In this document: positions 40,101 through 54,927 of the stretch, piece by piece
Layout: the number at the start of each line of letters is the position of its first letter
Numbering within the stretch: the stretch's first letter is position 1
Origin: Eledone cirrhosa
Taxonomy: Eukaryota
Assembly (NCBI GenBank): GCA_964016885.1
Contig: OZ024740.1
Location: 320,912,001 to 320,976,000 of the forward strand
Length of the DNA stretch: 64,000 nt
Direction: 5' to 3'
Notes under the pieces: model-generated
Databases searched by the model: none
What the model saw: the letters and a program-made list of their open reading frames with translations, nothing else
Told to the model about the DNA's origin: nothing
Program-made: the position numbers and the translations under genes

Positions 40101-43100
40101 TAACACTGTCTACCTTTGGTCATCTCAACTACACAGCTGTCCTCCATCTATATAACACTGTACCTTTGGTCATGTCAACTACACAGCTGTCCTCCATCTA
40201 TATAACACTGTCTACCTTTGCTCATGTCAACTACACATCTGTCCTCCATCTATATAACACTGTCTACCTTTGGTCATGTTAACTACACAGCTGTCCTCCA
40301 TCGATATAACAACACTGTCTACTTTTAGTCATGTCAACTACACAAGTGTCCCCATCTATACAACACTGTCTACCTTTAGTCATGTCAACTACATAGGTGT
40401 CCCCCATCTATATAACACTGTCTACATTTGGTCATGTCAACCACAGAGCTGTCCTCCATCGATATAACACTGTCTACCTTTAGTCATGTCAACCACACAG
40501 CTGTCCTCCATCGATATAACACTGTCTACCTTTGGCCATGTCAACCACATAGCTGTCCTCATCTATATAACACTGTCTACCTTTAGTCATGTCAACTACA
40601 CAGCTGTCCTCCATCTATATAACACTGTCTACCTTTGGTCATGTCAACTACACAGCTGTCCTCCATTTATATAACACTCTACCTTTGGCCATGTCAACCA
40701 CACAGCTGTCCTCCATCTATATAACACTGTGTACCTTTGGTCATGTCAACTACACAGCTGTCCTCCATCTATATAACAACACTGTCTACCTTTAGCCATG
40801 TCAACTACACAGCTGTCCGCCATCGATATAACACTGTCTACCTTTAGTCATGTCAACTACACAGCTGTCCTCCATCTATATAACACTGTCTACTTTTGGT
40901 CATATCAACTACACAGCTGTCCTCCATCTATATAACACTGTCTACCTTTGGCCATGTCAACTACACAGCTGTCCTCATCTATATAACACTGTCTAGCTTT
41001 GGTCATGTCAACTACTCAGCTGTCCTCCATCTATATAAAACTGTCTATCTTTGGTCATGTCAACTACACAGCTGTCCTCCATCTATATAACACTGTCTAC
41101 CCTTGGTCATGTCAACTACACAGCTGTCCTCCATCTATATAACACTGTCTACCTTTGGCCATGTCAACTACACAGCTGTCCTCATCTATATAACACTGTC
41201 TAGCTTTGGTCATGTCAACTACTCAGCTGTCCTCCATCTATATAAAACTGTCTACCTTTGGTCATGTCAACTACACGGCTGTCCTCCATCTATATAACAC
41301 TGCCTACTGTTGGTCATATCAACTACACAGGTGTCCTCCATCTATATAACACTGTCTACCTTTGGCCATGTCAACTACACAGCTGTCCTCATCTATATAA
41401 CACTGTCTACCTTTGGTCATGCCAACTACACAGCTGTCCTCATCTATATAACAGTCTACCTTTGGTCATGTCAACTACACAGCTGTCCTCATCTATATAA
41501 CACTGTCTACCTTTGGTCATGCCAACTACACGGCTGTCCTCCATCTATATAACACTGTCTACTGTTGGTCATATCAACTACACAGGTGTCCTCCATCTAT
41601 ATAACACTGTCTACCTTTGGCCATGTCAACTACACAGCTGTCCTCCATCTATATAACACTGTCTACTGTTGGTCATGTCAACTACACAGCTGTCCTCCAT
41701 CTTTATAACACTGTCTACTGTTGGTCATGTCAACTACACAGCTGTCCTCCATCTATATAACACTGTCTACCTTTAGTCATGCCAACTACACGGCTGTCCT
41801 CCATCTATATAACACTGTCTACTATTGGTTATGTCAACTACACAGCTGTCCTCCATCTATATAACACTGTCTACTGTTGGTCATATCAACTACACAGGTG
41901 TCCTCCATCTATATAACACTGTCTACCTTTGGCCATGTCAACTACACAGCTGTCCTCCATCTATATAACACTGTCTACTGTTGGTCATGTCAACTACACA
42001 GCTGTCCTCCATCTTTATAACACTGTCTACTGTTGGTCATGTCAACTACACAGCTGTCCTCCATCTATATAACAACACTGTCTACCTTTGGTCAAGTCAA
42101 CTACACAGCTGTCCTCCATCTTTATAACACTGTCTACTGTTGGTCATGTCAACTACACAGCTGTCCTCCATCTATATAACAACACTGTCTACCTTTGGTC
42201 AAGTCAACTACACAGCTGTCCTCCATCTATATAACACTGTGTACCTTTGGTCATGTCAACTACACAGCTTCCTCCATCTATATAACACTGTCTACCTTTG
42301 GTCATGTCAACTACACAGCTGTCCTCCATCGATATAACAACACTGTCTACTTTTAGTCATGTCAACTACACAAGTGTCCCCATCTATACAACACTGTCTA
42401 CCTTTAGTCATGTCAACTACACAGCTGTCCTCCATCTATATAACACTGTCTACCTTTAGTCATGTCAACTACACAGCTGTCCCCATCTATATAACACACT
42501 ACCTTTGGTCATGTCAACTACACAGCTGTCCTCCATCTATATAACACTGTCTACTGTTGGTCATGTCAACTACACAGCTGTCCTCCATCTATATAACACT
42601 GTCTACTGTTGGTCATGTCAACTACACAGCTGTCCTCCATCTATATAACAACACTGTCTACCTTTAGTCATGTCAACTACACAGCTGTCCTCCATCTATA
42701 TAACACTGTCTACCTTTGGTCAAGTCAACTACACAGCTGTCCTCCATCTATATAACACTGTGTACCTTTGGTCATGTCAACTACACAGCTGTCCTCCATC
42801 GATATAACAACACTGTCTACTTTTAGTCATGTCAACTACACAAGTGACCCCATCTATACAACACTCTACCTTTAGTCATGTCAACTACACAGGTGTCCCC
42901 CATCTATATAATACTGTCTACCTTTGGTCATGTCAACTACACAGCTGTCCTCCATCTATATAACACTGCCTACCTTTGGTCATGTCAACCACACAGCTGT
43001 CCTCCATCGATATAACACTGTCTACCTTTGGCCATGTCAACCACATAGCTGTCCTCATCTATATAACACTGTCTACCTTTAGTCATGTCAACTACACAGC

Positions 43101-46100
43101 TGTCCTCCATCTATACAACACTGTCTACCTTTAGTCATGTCAATTACACAGCTGTCCTCCATCTATATAACACTGTCTACCTTTGGTCATCTCAACTACA
43201 CAGCTGTCCTCCATCTATATAACACTGTCTACCTTTGGTCATGTCAACTACACATCTGTCCTCCATCTATATAACACTGTCTACCTTTGGTCATGTTAAC
43301 TACACAGCTGTCCTCCATCGATATAACAACACTGTCTACTTTTAGTCATGTCAACTACACAAGTGTCCCCATCTATACAACACTGTCTACCTTTAGTCAT
43401 GTCAACTACATAGGTGTCCCCCATCTATATAACACTGTCTACCTTTGGTCATGTCAACCACACAGCTGTCCTCCATCGATATAACACTGTCTACCTTTAG
43501 TCATGTCAACTACACAGGTGTCCCCCATCTATATAACACTGTCTACCTTTGGCCATGTGAACCACATAGCTGTCCTCCATCGATATAACACTGTATACCT
43601 TTGGCCATGTCAACCACATAGCTGTCCTCATCTATATAACACTGTCTACCTTTAATCATGTCAACTACACAGCTGTCCTCCATCTATATAACACTGTCTA
43701 CCTTTGGTCATGTCAACTACACAGCTGTCCTTCATTTATATAACACTACCTTTGGCCATGTCAACCACACAGCTGTCCTCCATCTATATAACACTGTGTA
43801 CCTTTGGTCATGTCAACTACACAGCTGTCCTCCATCGATATAACACTGTCTACTTTTGGTCATATCAACTACACAGCTGTCCTCATCTATATAACACTGT
43901 CTAGCTTTGGTCATGTCAACTACTCAGCTGTCCTCCATCTATATAAAACTGTCTATCTTTGGTCATGTCAACTACACAGCTGTCCTCCATCTATATAACA
44001 CTGTCTACCCTTGGTCATGTCAACTACACAGCTGTCCTCCATCTATATAACACTGTCTACCTTTGGCCATGTCAACTACACAGCTGTCCTCATCTATATA
44101 ACACTGTCTAGCTTTGGTCATGTCAACTACTCAGCTGTCCTCCATCTATATAAAACTGTCTACCTTTGGTCATATCAACTACACAGCTGTCCTCCATCTC
44201 TATAACACTGTCTACCTTTGGCCATGTCAACTACACAGCTGTCCTCATCTATATAACACTGTCTAGCTTTGGTCATGTCAACTACTCAGCTGTCCTCCAT
44301 CTATATAAAACTGTCTACCTTTGGTCATGTCAACTACACGGCTGTCCTCCATCTATATAACACTGCCTACTGTTGGTCATATCAACTACACAGGTGTCCT
44401 CCATCTATATAACACTGTCTACCTTTGGCCATGTCAACTACACAGCTGTCCTCATCTATATAACACTGTCTACCTTTGGTCATGCCAACTACACAGCTGT
44501 CCTCCATCTATATAACACTGTCTACTGTTGGTCATGTCAACTACACAGCTGTCCTCCATCTTTATAACACTGTCTACTGTTGGTCATGTCAACTACACAG
44601 CTGTCCTCCATCTATATAACACTGTCTACCTTTAGTCATGCCAACTACACGGCTGTCCTCCATCTATATAACACTGTCTACTATTGGTTATGTCAACTAC
44701 ACAGCTGTCCTCCATCTATATAACACTGTCTACTGTTGGTCATATCAACTACACAGGTGTCCTCCATCTATATAACACTGCCTACCTTTGGCCATGTCAA
44801 CTACACAGCTGTCCTCCATCTATATAACACTGTCTACTGTTGGTCATGTCAACTACACAGCTGTCCTCCATCTTTATAACACTGTCTACTGTTGGTCATG
44901 TCAACTACACAGCTGTCCTCCATCTATATAACAACACTGTCTACCTTTGGTCAAGTCAACTACACAGCTGTCCTCCATCTTTATAACACTGTCTACTGTT
45001 GGTCATGTCAACTACACAGCTGTCCTCCATCTATATAACAACACTGTCTACCTTTGGTCAAGTCAACTACACAGCTGTCCTCCATCTATATAACACTGTG
45101 TACCTTTGGTCATGTCAACTACACAGCTTCCTCCATCGATATAACAACACTCTACTTTTAGTCATGTCAACTACACAAGTGTCTCCATCTATACAACACT
45201 GTCTACCTTTAGTCATGTCAACTACCCAGCTGTCCTCCATCTATATAACACTGTCTACCTTTGGTCATGTCAACTACACAGCTGTCCTCCATCTATATAA
45301 CACTGTGTACCTTTGGTCATGTTAACTACACAGCTTCCTCCATCTATATAACACTGTCTACCTTTGGTCATGTCAACTACACAGCTGTCCTCCATCGATA
45401 TAACAACACTGTCTACTTTTAGTCATGTCAACTACACAAGTGTCCCCATCTATACAACACTGTCTACCTTTAGTCATGTCAACTACACAGCTGTCCTCCA
45501 TCTATATAACACTGTCTACCTTTAGTCATGTCAACTACACAGCTGTCCCCATCTATATAACACACTACCTTTGGTCATGTCAACTACACAGCTGTCCTCC
45601 ATCTATATACCACTGTCTACTGTTGGTCATGTCAACTACACAGCTGTCCTCCATCTATATAACACTGTCTACTGTTGGTCATGTCAACTACACAGCTGTC
45701 CTCCATCTATATAACAACACTGTCTACCTTTAGTCATGTCAACTACACAGCTGTCCTCCATCTATATAACACTGTCTACCTTTGGTCAAGTCAACTACAC
45801 AGCTGTCCTCCATCTATATAACACTGTGTACCTTTGGTCATGTCAACTACACAGCTGTCCTCCATCGATATAACAACACTGTCTACTTTTAGTCATGTCA
45901 ACTACACAAGTGACCCCATCTATACAACACTCTACCTTTAGTCATGTCAACTACACAGGTGTCCCCCATCTATATAATACTGTCTACCTTTGGTCATGTC
46001 AACTACACAGCTGTCCTCCATCTATATAACACTGTCTACCTTTGGTCATGTCAACCACACAGCTGTCCTCCATCGATATAACACTGTCTACCTTTGGCCA

Positions 46101-49100
46101 TGTCAACCACATAGCTGTCCTCATCTATATAACACTGTCTACCTTTAGTCATGTCAACTACACAGCTGTCCTCCATCTATACAACACTGTCTACCTTTAG
46201 TCATGTCAATTACACAGCTGTCCTCCATCTATATAACACTGTCTACCTTTGGTCATCTCAACTACACAGCTGTCCTCCATCTATATAACACTGTACCTTT
46301 GGTCATGTCAACTACACAGCTGTCCTCCATCTATATAACACTGTCTACCTTTGGTCATGTCAACTACACATCTGTCCTCCATCTATATAACACTGTCTAC
46401 CTTTGGTCATGTTAACTACACAGCTGTCCTCCATCGATATAACAACACTGTCTACTTTTAGTCATGTCAACTACACAAGTGTCCCCATCTATACAACACT
46501 GTCTACCTTTAGTCATGTCAACTACATAGGTGTCCCCCATCTATATAACACTGTCTACCTTTGGTCATGTCAACCACACAGCTGTCCTCCATCGATATAA
46601 CACTGTCTACCTTTAGTCATGTCAACTACACAGGTGTCCCCCATCTATATAACACTGTCTACCTTTGGCCATGTGAACCACATAGCTGTCCTCCATCGAT
46701 ATAACACTGTATACCTTTGGCCATGTCAACCACATAGCTGTCCTCATCTATATAACACTGTCTACCTTTAATCATGTCAACTACACAGCTGTCCTCCATC
46801 TATATAACACTGTCTACCTTTGGTCATGTCAACTACACAGCTGTCCTTCATTTATATACCACTACCTTTGGCCATGTCAACCACACAGCTGTCCTCTATC
46901 TATATAACACTGTGTACCTTTGGTCATGTCAACTACACAGCTGTCCTCCATCGATATAACACTGTCTACTTTTGGTCATATCAACTACACAGCTGTCCTC
47001 ATCTATATAACACTGTCTAGCTTTGGTCATGTCAACTACTCAGCTGTCCTCCATCTATATAAAACTGTCTACCTTTGGTCATGTCAACTACACAGCTGTC
47101 CTCCATCTATATAACACTGTCTACCCTTGGTCATGTCAACTACACAGCTGTCCTCCATCTATATAACACTGTCTACCTTTGGCCATGTCAACTACACAGC
47201 TGTCCTCATCTATATAACACTGTCTAGCTTTGGTCATGTCAACTACTCAGCTGTCCTCCATCTATATAAAACTGTCTACCTTTGGTCATGTCAACTACAC
47301 AGCTGTCCTCCATCTATATAAAACTGTCTACCTTTGGTCATGTCAACTACACAGCTGTCCTCATCTATATAACACTGTCTACCTTTGGTCATGTCAACTA
47401 CACAGCTGTCCTCCATCTATATAACACTGTCTACTGTTGGTCATGTCAACTACACAGCTGTCCTCCATCTATATAACAACACTGTCTACCTTTAGTCATG
47501 TCAACTACACAGCTGTCCTCCATCTATATAACACTGTGTACCTTTGGTCATATCAACTACACAGCTGTCCTCCATCGATATAACAACTCTGTCTACTTTT
47601 AGTCATGTCAACTACACAAGTGTCCCCATCTATACAACACTGTCTACCTTTAGTCATGTCAACTACACAGCTGTTCTCCATCTATATAACACTGTCTACC
47701 TTTGGTCATGTCAACTACACAGCTGTCCTCCATCTATATATCACTGTGTACCTTTGGTCATGTCAACTACACAGCTGTCCTCCATCTATATAACACTGTC
47801 TACCTTTGGTCATATCAACTACACAGCTGTCCTCCATCGATATAACAACACTGTCTACTTTTAGTCATGTCAACTACACAGGTGTCCCCCATCTATATAA
47901 CACTGTCTACCATTGGCCATGTCAACCAGATAGCTGTCCTCATCTATATAACACTGTCTACCTTTAGTCATGTCAACTACACAGCTGTCCTCCATCTATA
48001 TAACACTGTCTAACTTTGGTCATGTCAACTACACAGCTGTCCTCCATTCATATAACACTGTCTACCTTTGGCCATGTCAACCACACAGCTGTCCTCCATC
48101 TATATAACACTGTGTACCTTTGGTCATGTCAACTACACAACTGTCCTCCATCTATATAACACTGTGTACCTTTGGTCATGTCAACTACACAGCTGTGCTC
48201 CATCTATATAACACTGTCTACTGTTGGTCATGTTAACTACACAGCTGTCCTCCATCTATATAACACTGTGTACCTTTGGTCATGTCAACTACACAGCTGT
48301 CCTCCATCTATATAACAACACTGTCTACCTTTGGCCATGTCAACTACACAGCTGTCCTCCATCGATATAACACTGTCTACCTTTAGTCATGTCAACTATA
48401 CAGCTGTCCTCCATCTATATAACACTGTCTACCTTTGGCCATGTCAACTACACAGCTGTCCTCATCTATATAACACTGTCTACCTTTGGTCATGTCAACT
48501 ACACAGCTGTCCTCCATCTATATAACACTGTCTACCTTTGGTCATGTCAACTACACAGCTGTCCTCCATCTATATAACACTGTCTACCTTTGGTCATGCC
48601 AACTACACAGCTGTCCTCCATCTATATAACACTGTCTACCTTTGGTCATGCCAACTACACAGCTGTCCTCCATCTATATAACACTGTGTACCTTTGGTCA
48701 TGTCAACTACACAGCTGTCCTCCATCTATATAACACTGTCTACCTTTGGTCATGTCAACTACACAGCTGTCCTCCATCTATATAACACCGTCTACCTTTG
48801 GTCATGTCAAATACACAGCTGTCCTCCATCTATATAACACTGTCTACCTTTGGTCATGTCAACTACACAGCTGTCCTCCATCTATATAACACTGTCTACC
48901 TTTGGCCATGTCAACTACACAGCTGTCCTCATCCATATAACACTGTCTACCTTTGGTCATGTCAACTACACAGCTGTCCTCCATCTATATAACACTGTCT
49001 ACCTTTGGTCATGTCAACTACACAGCTGTCCTCCATCTATATAACACTGTGTACCTTTGGTCATGTCAACTACACAGCTGTCCTCCATATATATAACACT

Positions 49101-50844
49101 GTCTACCTTTGTTCATGTCAACTACACAGCTGTCCTCCATCTATATAACACTGTCTACCTTTAGTCATGTCAACTACACAGCTGTCCTCCATCTATATAA
49201 CACTGTCTACCTTTGGTCATGTCAACTACACAGCTGTCCTCCATCTATATAACACTGTCTACCTTTGGGCATGCCAACTACACAGCTGTCCTCCATCTAT
49301 ATAACACTGTCTACTGTTGGTCATGTCAACTACACAGCTGTCCTCATCTGTATAACACTGTCTACCTTTGGGCATGCCAACTACACAGCTGTCCTCCATC
49401 TATATAACACTGTCTACTGTTGGTCATGTCAACTACACAGCTGTCCTCATCTATATAACACTGTCTACCTTTGGTCATGCCAACTACACAGCTGTCCTCC
49501 ATCTATATAACACTGTCTACTGTTGGTCATGTCAACTACACAGCTGTCCTCATCTATATAACACTGTCTACCTTTGGTCATGTCAACTACACAGCTGTCC
49601 TCCATCTATATAACACTGTGTACCTTTGGTCATGTCAACTACACAGCTGTCCTCCATCTATATAACACTGTCTACCTTTGGTCATGTCAACTACACACCT
49701 GTCCTCATCTATATAACACTGTGTACCTTTGGTCATGTCAACTACACAGCTGTCCTCCATCTATATAACACTGTCTACCTTTGGCCATGTCAACTACACA
49801 GCTGTCCTCCATCTATATAACACTGTCTACATTTAGTCATGTCAACTACACAGCTGTCCTCCATCTATATAACAGTCTACCTTTGGTCATGTCAACTACA
49901 CAGCTGTCCTCCATCTTTATAACACTGTCTACCTTTGGTCATGTCAACTACACAGCTGTCCTCCATCTATATAACACTGTCTACCTTTGGTCATGTCAAC
50001 TACACAGCTGTCCTCCATCTATATAACACTCTACCTTTGGTCATGTCAACTACACAGCTGTCCTCCATCTATATAACACTGTCTACCTTTGGTCATGTCT
50101 ACTACACAGCTGTCCTCCATCTATATAACACTGTCTACCTTTGGCCATGTCAACTACACAGCTGTCCTCCATCTATATAACACTGTCTACCTATGGTCAT
50201 GTCAACTACACAGCTGTCCTCATCTATATAACACTGTCTACCTTTGGCCATGTCAACTACACAGCTGTCCTCCATCTATATAACACTGTCTACCTTTGGT
50301 CATGTCAACTACACAGCTGTCCTCCATCTATATAACACTGTCTACCTTTGGTGATGTCAACTACACAGCTGTCCTCCATCTATATAACACTGTCTACCTA
50401 TGGTCATGTCAACTACACAGCTGTCCTCATCGATATAACACCGTCTACCTTTGGTGATGTCAACTACACAGCTGTCCTCCATCTATATAACACTGTCTAC
50501 CTTTGGTCATGTCAACTACACAGCTGTCCTTATCTATATAACAATCTACCTTTAGTCATGTCAACTACACAGCTGTCCTCCATCTATATAACACTGTCTA
50601 CCTTTGGTCATGTCAACTACACAGCTGTCCTCCATCTATATAACACTGTGTACCTTTGGTCATGTCAACTACACAGCTGTCCTCCATCTATATAACACTG
50701 TCTACCTTTAGTCATGCCAACTACACAGCTGTCCTCCATCTATATAACACTGTGTACCTTTGGTCATGTCAACTACACAGCTGTCCTCCATCTATATAAC
50801 ACTGTGTACCTTTGGTCATGTCAACTACACAGCTGTCGTCTACC
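16170..50844. repeat. Satellite array, 52-bp monomer GGTCATGTCAACTACACAGCTGTCCTCCATCTATATAACACTGTCTACCTTT, about 670 head-to-tail copies with higher-order structure
   Basis: Continuous tandem copies with recurrent variants (TTTAG/TTTGG, GCCATG, ATCGAT, ACTGTTGG, small indels). Identical artefactual ORFs recur at offsets 926, 1490, 1861, 3116 and 8244-8246 bp. Confidence 0.99.
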
Positions 50845-51309
50845 ATTATAGCCCTCTGTTTAGATTTGCTCCTTACTTATGCAAAACAGCAATAAGAATG
50901 TTAGATATGACTGAATGACTCATAAAGGTTATGAAATCTACAAATACTATCGTAGAAGGCAAAGTTTGGTTGAATTTTCATGGATGTTCCATTCTTTACT
51001 CTTGCAAGTCTATGGCTTTGCTGGGGTATCACCACAAAGAAATTTATTCAATCATATTGACCTCAGTACTCATTTTTTCATGTCTGGTACTTATTTCATT
51101 ATAGGTGATAAACATAGAAACAGACACACACACCACTCTTATAGATATATACTGGCATGGAAAATGGACGATAAACGATGATGATGATGTTGGGCTGCTA
51201 CGCAGTTTTCATCTACCAAATTTCACTCACAAGGCATTGATCAACCTGCGTACTCTGTTCTTATGTTTGATATTCTTATGAAGTTCTATCTGTAACAAAA
51301 CTTAATCTT

Positions 51310-51970
51310 TATATATCTAAAGTAAGGTTATCCTATATCTACAGTAAAGTCTGTCTATATCTAAAGTAAGGTCTGTCTATATCTAAAGTAAGGTCTGTCT
51401 ATATCTAAAGTAAGGTCTGTCTATATCTAAAGTAAGGTCTGTCTATATCTAAAGTAAGGTCTGTCTATATCTAAAGTAAGGTCTGTCTATATCTAAAGTA
51501 AGGTCTACCTATATCTAAAGTAAGGACTACCTATATTTGAAGTAAGATTTACCTATTTCTAAAGTAAGGACTACCTATATCTGAAGTAAGGTTTACTTAT
51601 TTCTAAAGTAAGGTCTATCTATATTTACAGTAAGGTCTACCTATATTTACAGTAAGGTCTGCTTATATCTAAAGTATGATCTGCCCGTATCTAATGTACG
51701 GTCTGCCCGTATTTAATGTAAGGTCTTCCTGTATCTGAAGTAAGCACTACCTATATCTAAAGTAAGCTCTACCTATATCTAAAGTAAGGTGTACCCATAT
51801 TTACAGTAAGGTCTGCCTGTATCTAAAATAAGGTCTGCCTGTATCTAAAGTAAGGTCTGTCTGTATCTAAAGTAAGGTCTGTCTGTATCTAAAGTAAGGT
51901 CTGTCTATATCTAGAGTAAGGTCTGTCTATTTCTAAACTAAGTCAGCCTATATCTAAAGTAACTCAGCCT
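51310..51970. repeat. Minisatellite, 22-bp unit ATATCTAAAGTAAGGTCTGTCT, about 30 copies
   Basis: Perfect copies at about 51350-51500, more diverged copies further right. Confidence 0.97.
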
Positions 51971-52559
51971 TTTTTAAAAGTTATTTTTGCCTATTTCTAA
52001 AAGTATGACCAACCCCATTGCCTGGCTTTGGTATGTAAGCAGGGCTTCAAAACATTTTCAGTGGGCCTTTCACAAGGAACTTATTTCAGGGTGTTTGTGA
52101 TAGATTCTATTTTCTAAATCTGTGGATGCACCAGTGAAAAGTAGGAGACAGTGCCCTCTTTTGGCAATGGACCCTAGTAAAAGTGACGTGTTGTTTGTTA
52201 CTGTGTCTACTCAAACTGTAAAGGCCTATCAGAAAAAAAAAAGTTCAATTAAAGTAGTTACATGTAGTTCAATTAACAGGTATATGTGGTTGACATATTG
52301 AGCATATAGGAAAGTTCTAGAAAGAAAGTTGACACTATGTAGACACTGTGCAACTGGTTTCTGTAATAATATTTCAGCCAGACTGACTATATACTAATAT
52401 ATGTACTGTCGTCTTGACACAAAGGTAGGTGCATGTAGTTAAACTTTAAAATTATTGACTGTAGTTACACACACACATAATACTCATGCACACACACACT
52501 CACTCATACACACAGTAGATAGGCTTCATTATCTTGTTTGCTTGATCAGTGTTACTGGA

Positions 52560-52705
52560 GGGGGTAGTGTTTAGTGTGGTGGTTAATGTTAGTATCTTGG
52601 TTTGTGTGGTAATTAGTGGTAGTTAGTGGTTAGTGGCAGTGTTGTGGTTAGTGGCAGTGTGGTGATTAGTGGCAGTGTTGTGGTAGTGTGGTGGCTAATG
52701 GTTGT
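52560..52705. repeat. Low-complexity GT-rich repeat (TAGTGG/CAGTGTTGTGG)
   Basis: Read directly. Confidence 0.8.
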
Positions 52706-52782
52706 ATTTCATTAGCTACAATGCAGATATTTGCAAATAATTTTAACCTAATATATTATAGTACTTATTTAATACTGAAAGT

Positions 52783-52920
52783 GAATGGCCAAGTGGTTAC
52801 AGTTTTTGACTCAGAATCATAAGGGTGTGGATTTGATATTTGGACCAGGCAGTGCATTATGTTCTTGAACAAGACACTTCATTTCACATTGCTCCTGTCC
52901 ACTCAGCTGATAAGAAAATG
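52783..52920 (+). mobile_element. Degraded tRNA-head SINE (second family)
   Basis: ATGGCCAAGTGGTTA..TGTTCTTGAACAAGACACTTCATTTCACATTGCTCC..CACTCAGCTG. Confidence 0.7.
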
Positions 52921-53889
52921 ATTACCAACAACAGCAACTGGGGTTAACCACAAGTTTGAAATGACATATGGTCCAGATGGTGTAGTGATCTTTTATGACA
53001 GAACTGAGGCCCTTATTAAAACACTCAAGTAACCTGTTATGCAATGTAAGTTTATTAGGGGGTCAGCCAGCCCTACATAAGTGTGAACTGTAATGATAAT
53101 TTATTGAATAAATCCTTAAAGCTGTTGAGATTTGATCTCAGATGTTAATTACCAAACTTAGTGGCACAAATAATTCAATCTTGCCTTTTATATACATAAA
53201 TATAAAAATATTTATTTCTAGCATTGATACGACAAGACCCATGTGGAAGGTAGCATTGATGAAATTAATTTATTTTTACATCATCATGTCTGTTTTTTCA
53301 TGTTTGCATGAGTTAGATGGGTCATGGATTCTCTCCACTTGTTGCGATCCTTTGTCATCTCTTCCGTGAGTCACATTGAAATATAAAAATATTTATTTCT
53401 AACATTGATACAAGACCAATGTAGAACGCAGCATTGATGAAATTTTATTTATTTTTACCCTGGAAGGACTAAAGACAGAGTTGATCCCAGTCAGATTTCA
53501 ACCTGGGACGTAACTTCAGTAAAGCATCTATCTTTGAAAACATTAATATCTATGCAATAAATGGAAGTTCAATTATTTATTGACTTAAGTACACACTCAT
53601 TGTTGACTGATGCCACAATTAAAAAAACATCCAGTCCAACCTGTCAGATGGTAGTGGCTATGAAACAGTAAAATTCACCTGGTTCATGCTGTGAAGTAGT
53701 TGGCATTAGGAAGGGTATCCAACTATAGAAACCATGTCATAATGGAACATATGAGCAAGACACATTTATCTGACTTATCTAGCCTCAGACTGTGACAACT
53801 TGTCTAAACCCATACACACATGGAAAATAGACATAAAACAGTGATGATGATTAGTCTAAAGAAATAATGAGGAGTGATTTTGAACTGTG

Positions 53890-54150
53890 AGCTGTAATCG
53901 GTGAGCTTGATATCAGAAGAATTGGGTGTTGTGTGCAAGAGAGAAGATTTCTTTGAGATGGGCTTGTAATGTAGTTGTAAGATGGCTTGTATAAGGAAGT
54001 GCAGAGAAATCTCAATAGATGGCACTCTGGGAAGAGGTAAACCCAGGAAGACATGGGATGAAGTAGTGAAGATCAACCTTAGGAAGTTGGACTTCATGGC
54101 AGAGATGACAAAGGACAGCAAAGATTAGCATCATGTACTGAAGAAGACTT
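53890..54150 (+). mobile_element. RTE-clade LINE 3' fragment
   Basis: CCVQERR..RKCREISIDGTLGRGKPRKTWDEVVKINLRKLDFMAEMTKD. Confidence 0.78.
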
Positions 54151-54927
54151 TCCTACCAGTATTAAAGATGTGACCTGACCCATTCTTGCACCTCTCTTCC
54201 ACCGACACTCCTTAGTAGCTATTCTCACCATAACTACACCCTCACCCCATCATGATATCACTCCTTAACTATTCTCACTATCATTACACCCCTAACCTAT
54301 CCAGGATCACTCCACCCCACCCATCTAAAATCCTGACACAAGTCATAACTCCTGCGTTGCTGTTATCATTACACCTGCCACGCTATCAGACGTCACCTCC
54401 TCCACTTCTACTCATCACCCTGTCAAATCTCACATTTGTCATATACCCATGACACATCATACTTATTAACATAGTATCCAATAACCTCTCTAGTGCGCTG
54501 GTCCCACCAAAAAGGCACTTGGTGCACCTTGTAAGGTGGTCGGGGATAAGACGGGTACCCCGCTTTAGAGTCGATAAGTCTCTTCAGTGGTGTCAAGGGC
54601 ACGATAACTTCTGTTGTGTTGGTGATAGGAAGATCATTCAATTATAGAGAGCTTACCAAACAAAGGATCAGGAAGACACTTGGGCTGTGTCAAAAACACG
54701 ACAATCTCCCTCTAATGGTGCCACGATAAAATGCACCTGGTAGAGTGATGGAACATATGTAAGCGAGATGCGGGATCCTGGCCCTGCTCAGAGGTCAGTA
54801 GCTTCGCTTAAGTACCGACTTAGTCTGTGACGACTAAGATTAAATGATGGTGATGACTGGGAGCATTTTATCATGACAACCAGCACCAGGAGGGTCTCTA
54901 AACATTTTTTTTTTTTTTTCATATGCA

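Noticed and set aside
16188-50695. More than a hundred short 'MSTTQLSSIYITLSTFGHVNYTAV' ORFs as a repeat protein family
   Set aside because: 52 is not a multiple of 3, so every frame runs into the TAA in TATATAA within three monomers; longer ORFs arise only where indels happen to skip it.
16390-50715. Recursive-splicing ratchet points in the TTTAG monomer variant
   Set aside because: The variant reads TTTAG|TC rather than the required AG|GT, so no donor is regenerated.
16170-50844. CRISPR array or repeat-spacer system
   Set aside because: Units are contiguous near-identical monomers with no unique spacers, there are no cas genes, and the context is a spliceosomal intron.
52255-52355. Inverted remnant of the 52-bp monomer (GTTGACAT, GTAGACA)
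   Set aside because: Matches are only 7-8 bp and not colinear, so consistent with chance.
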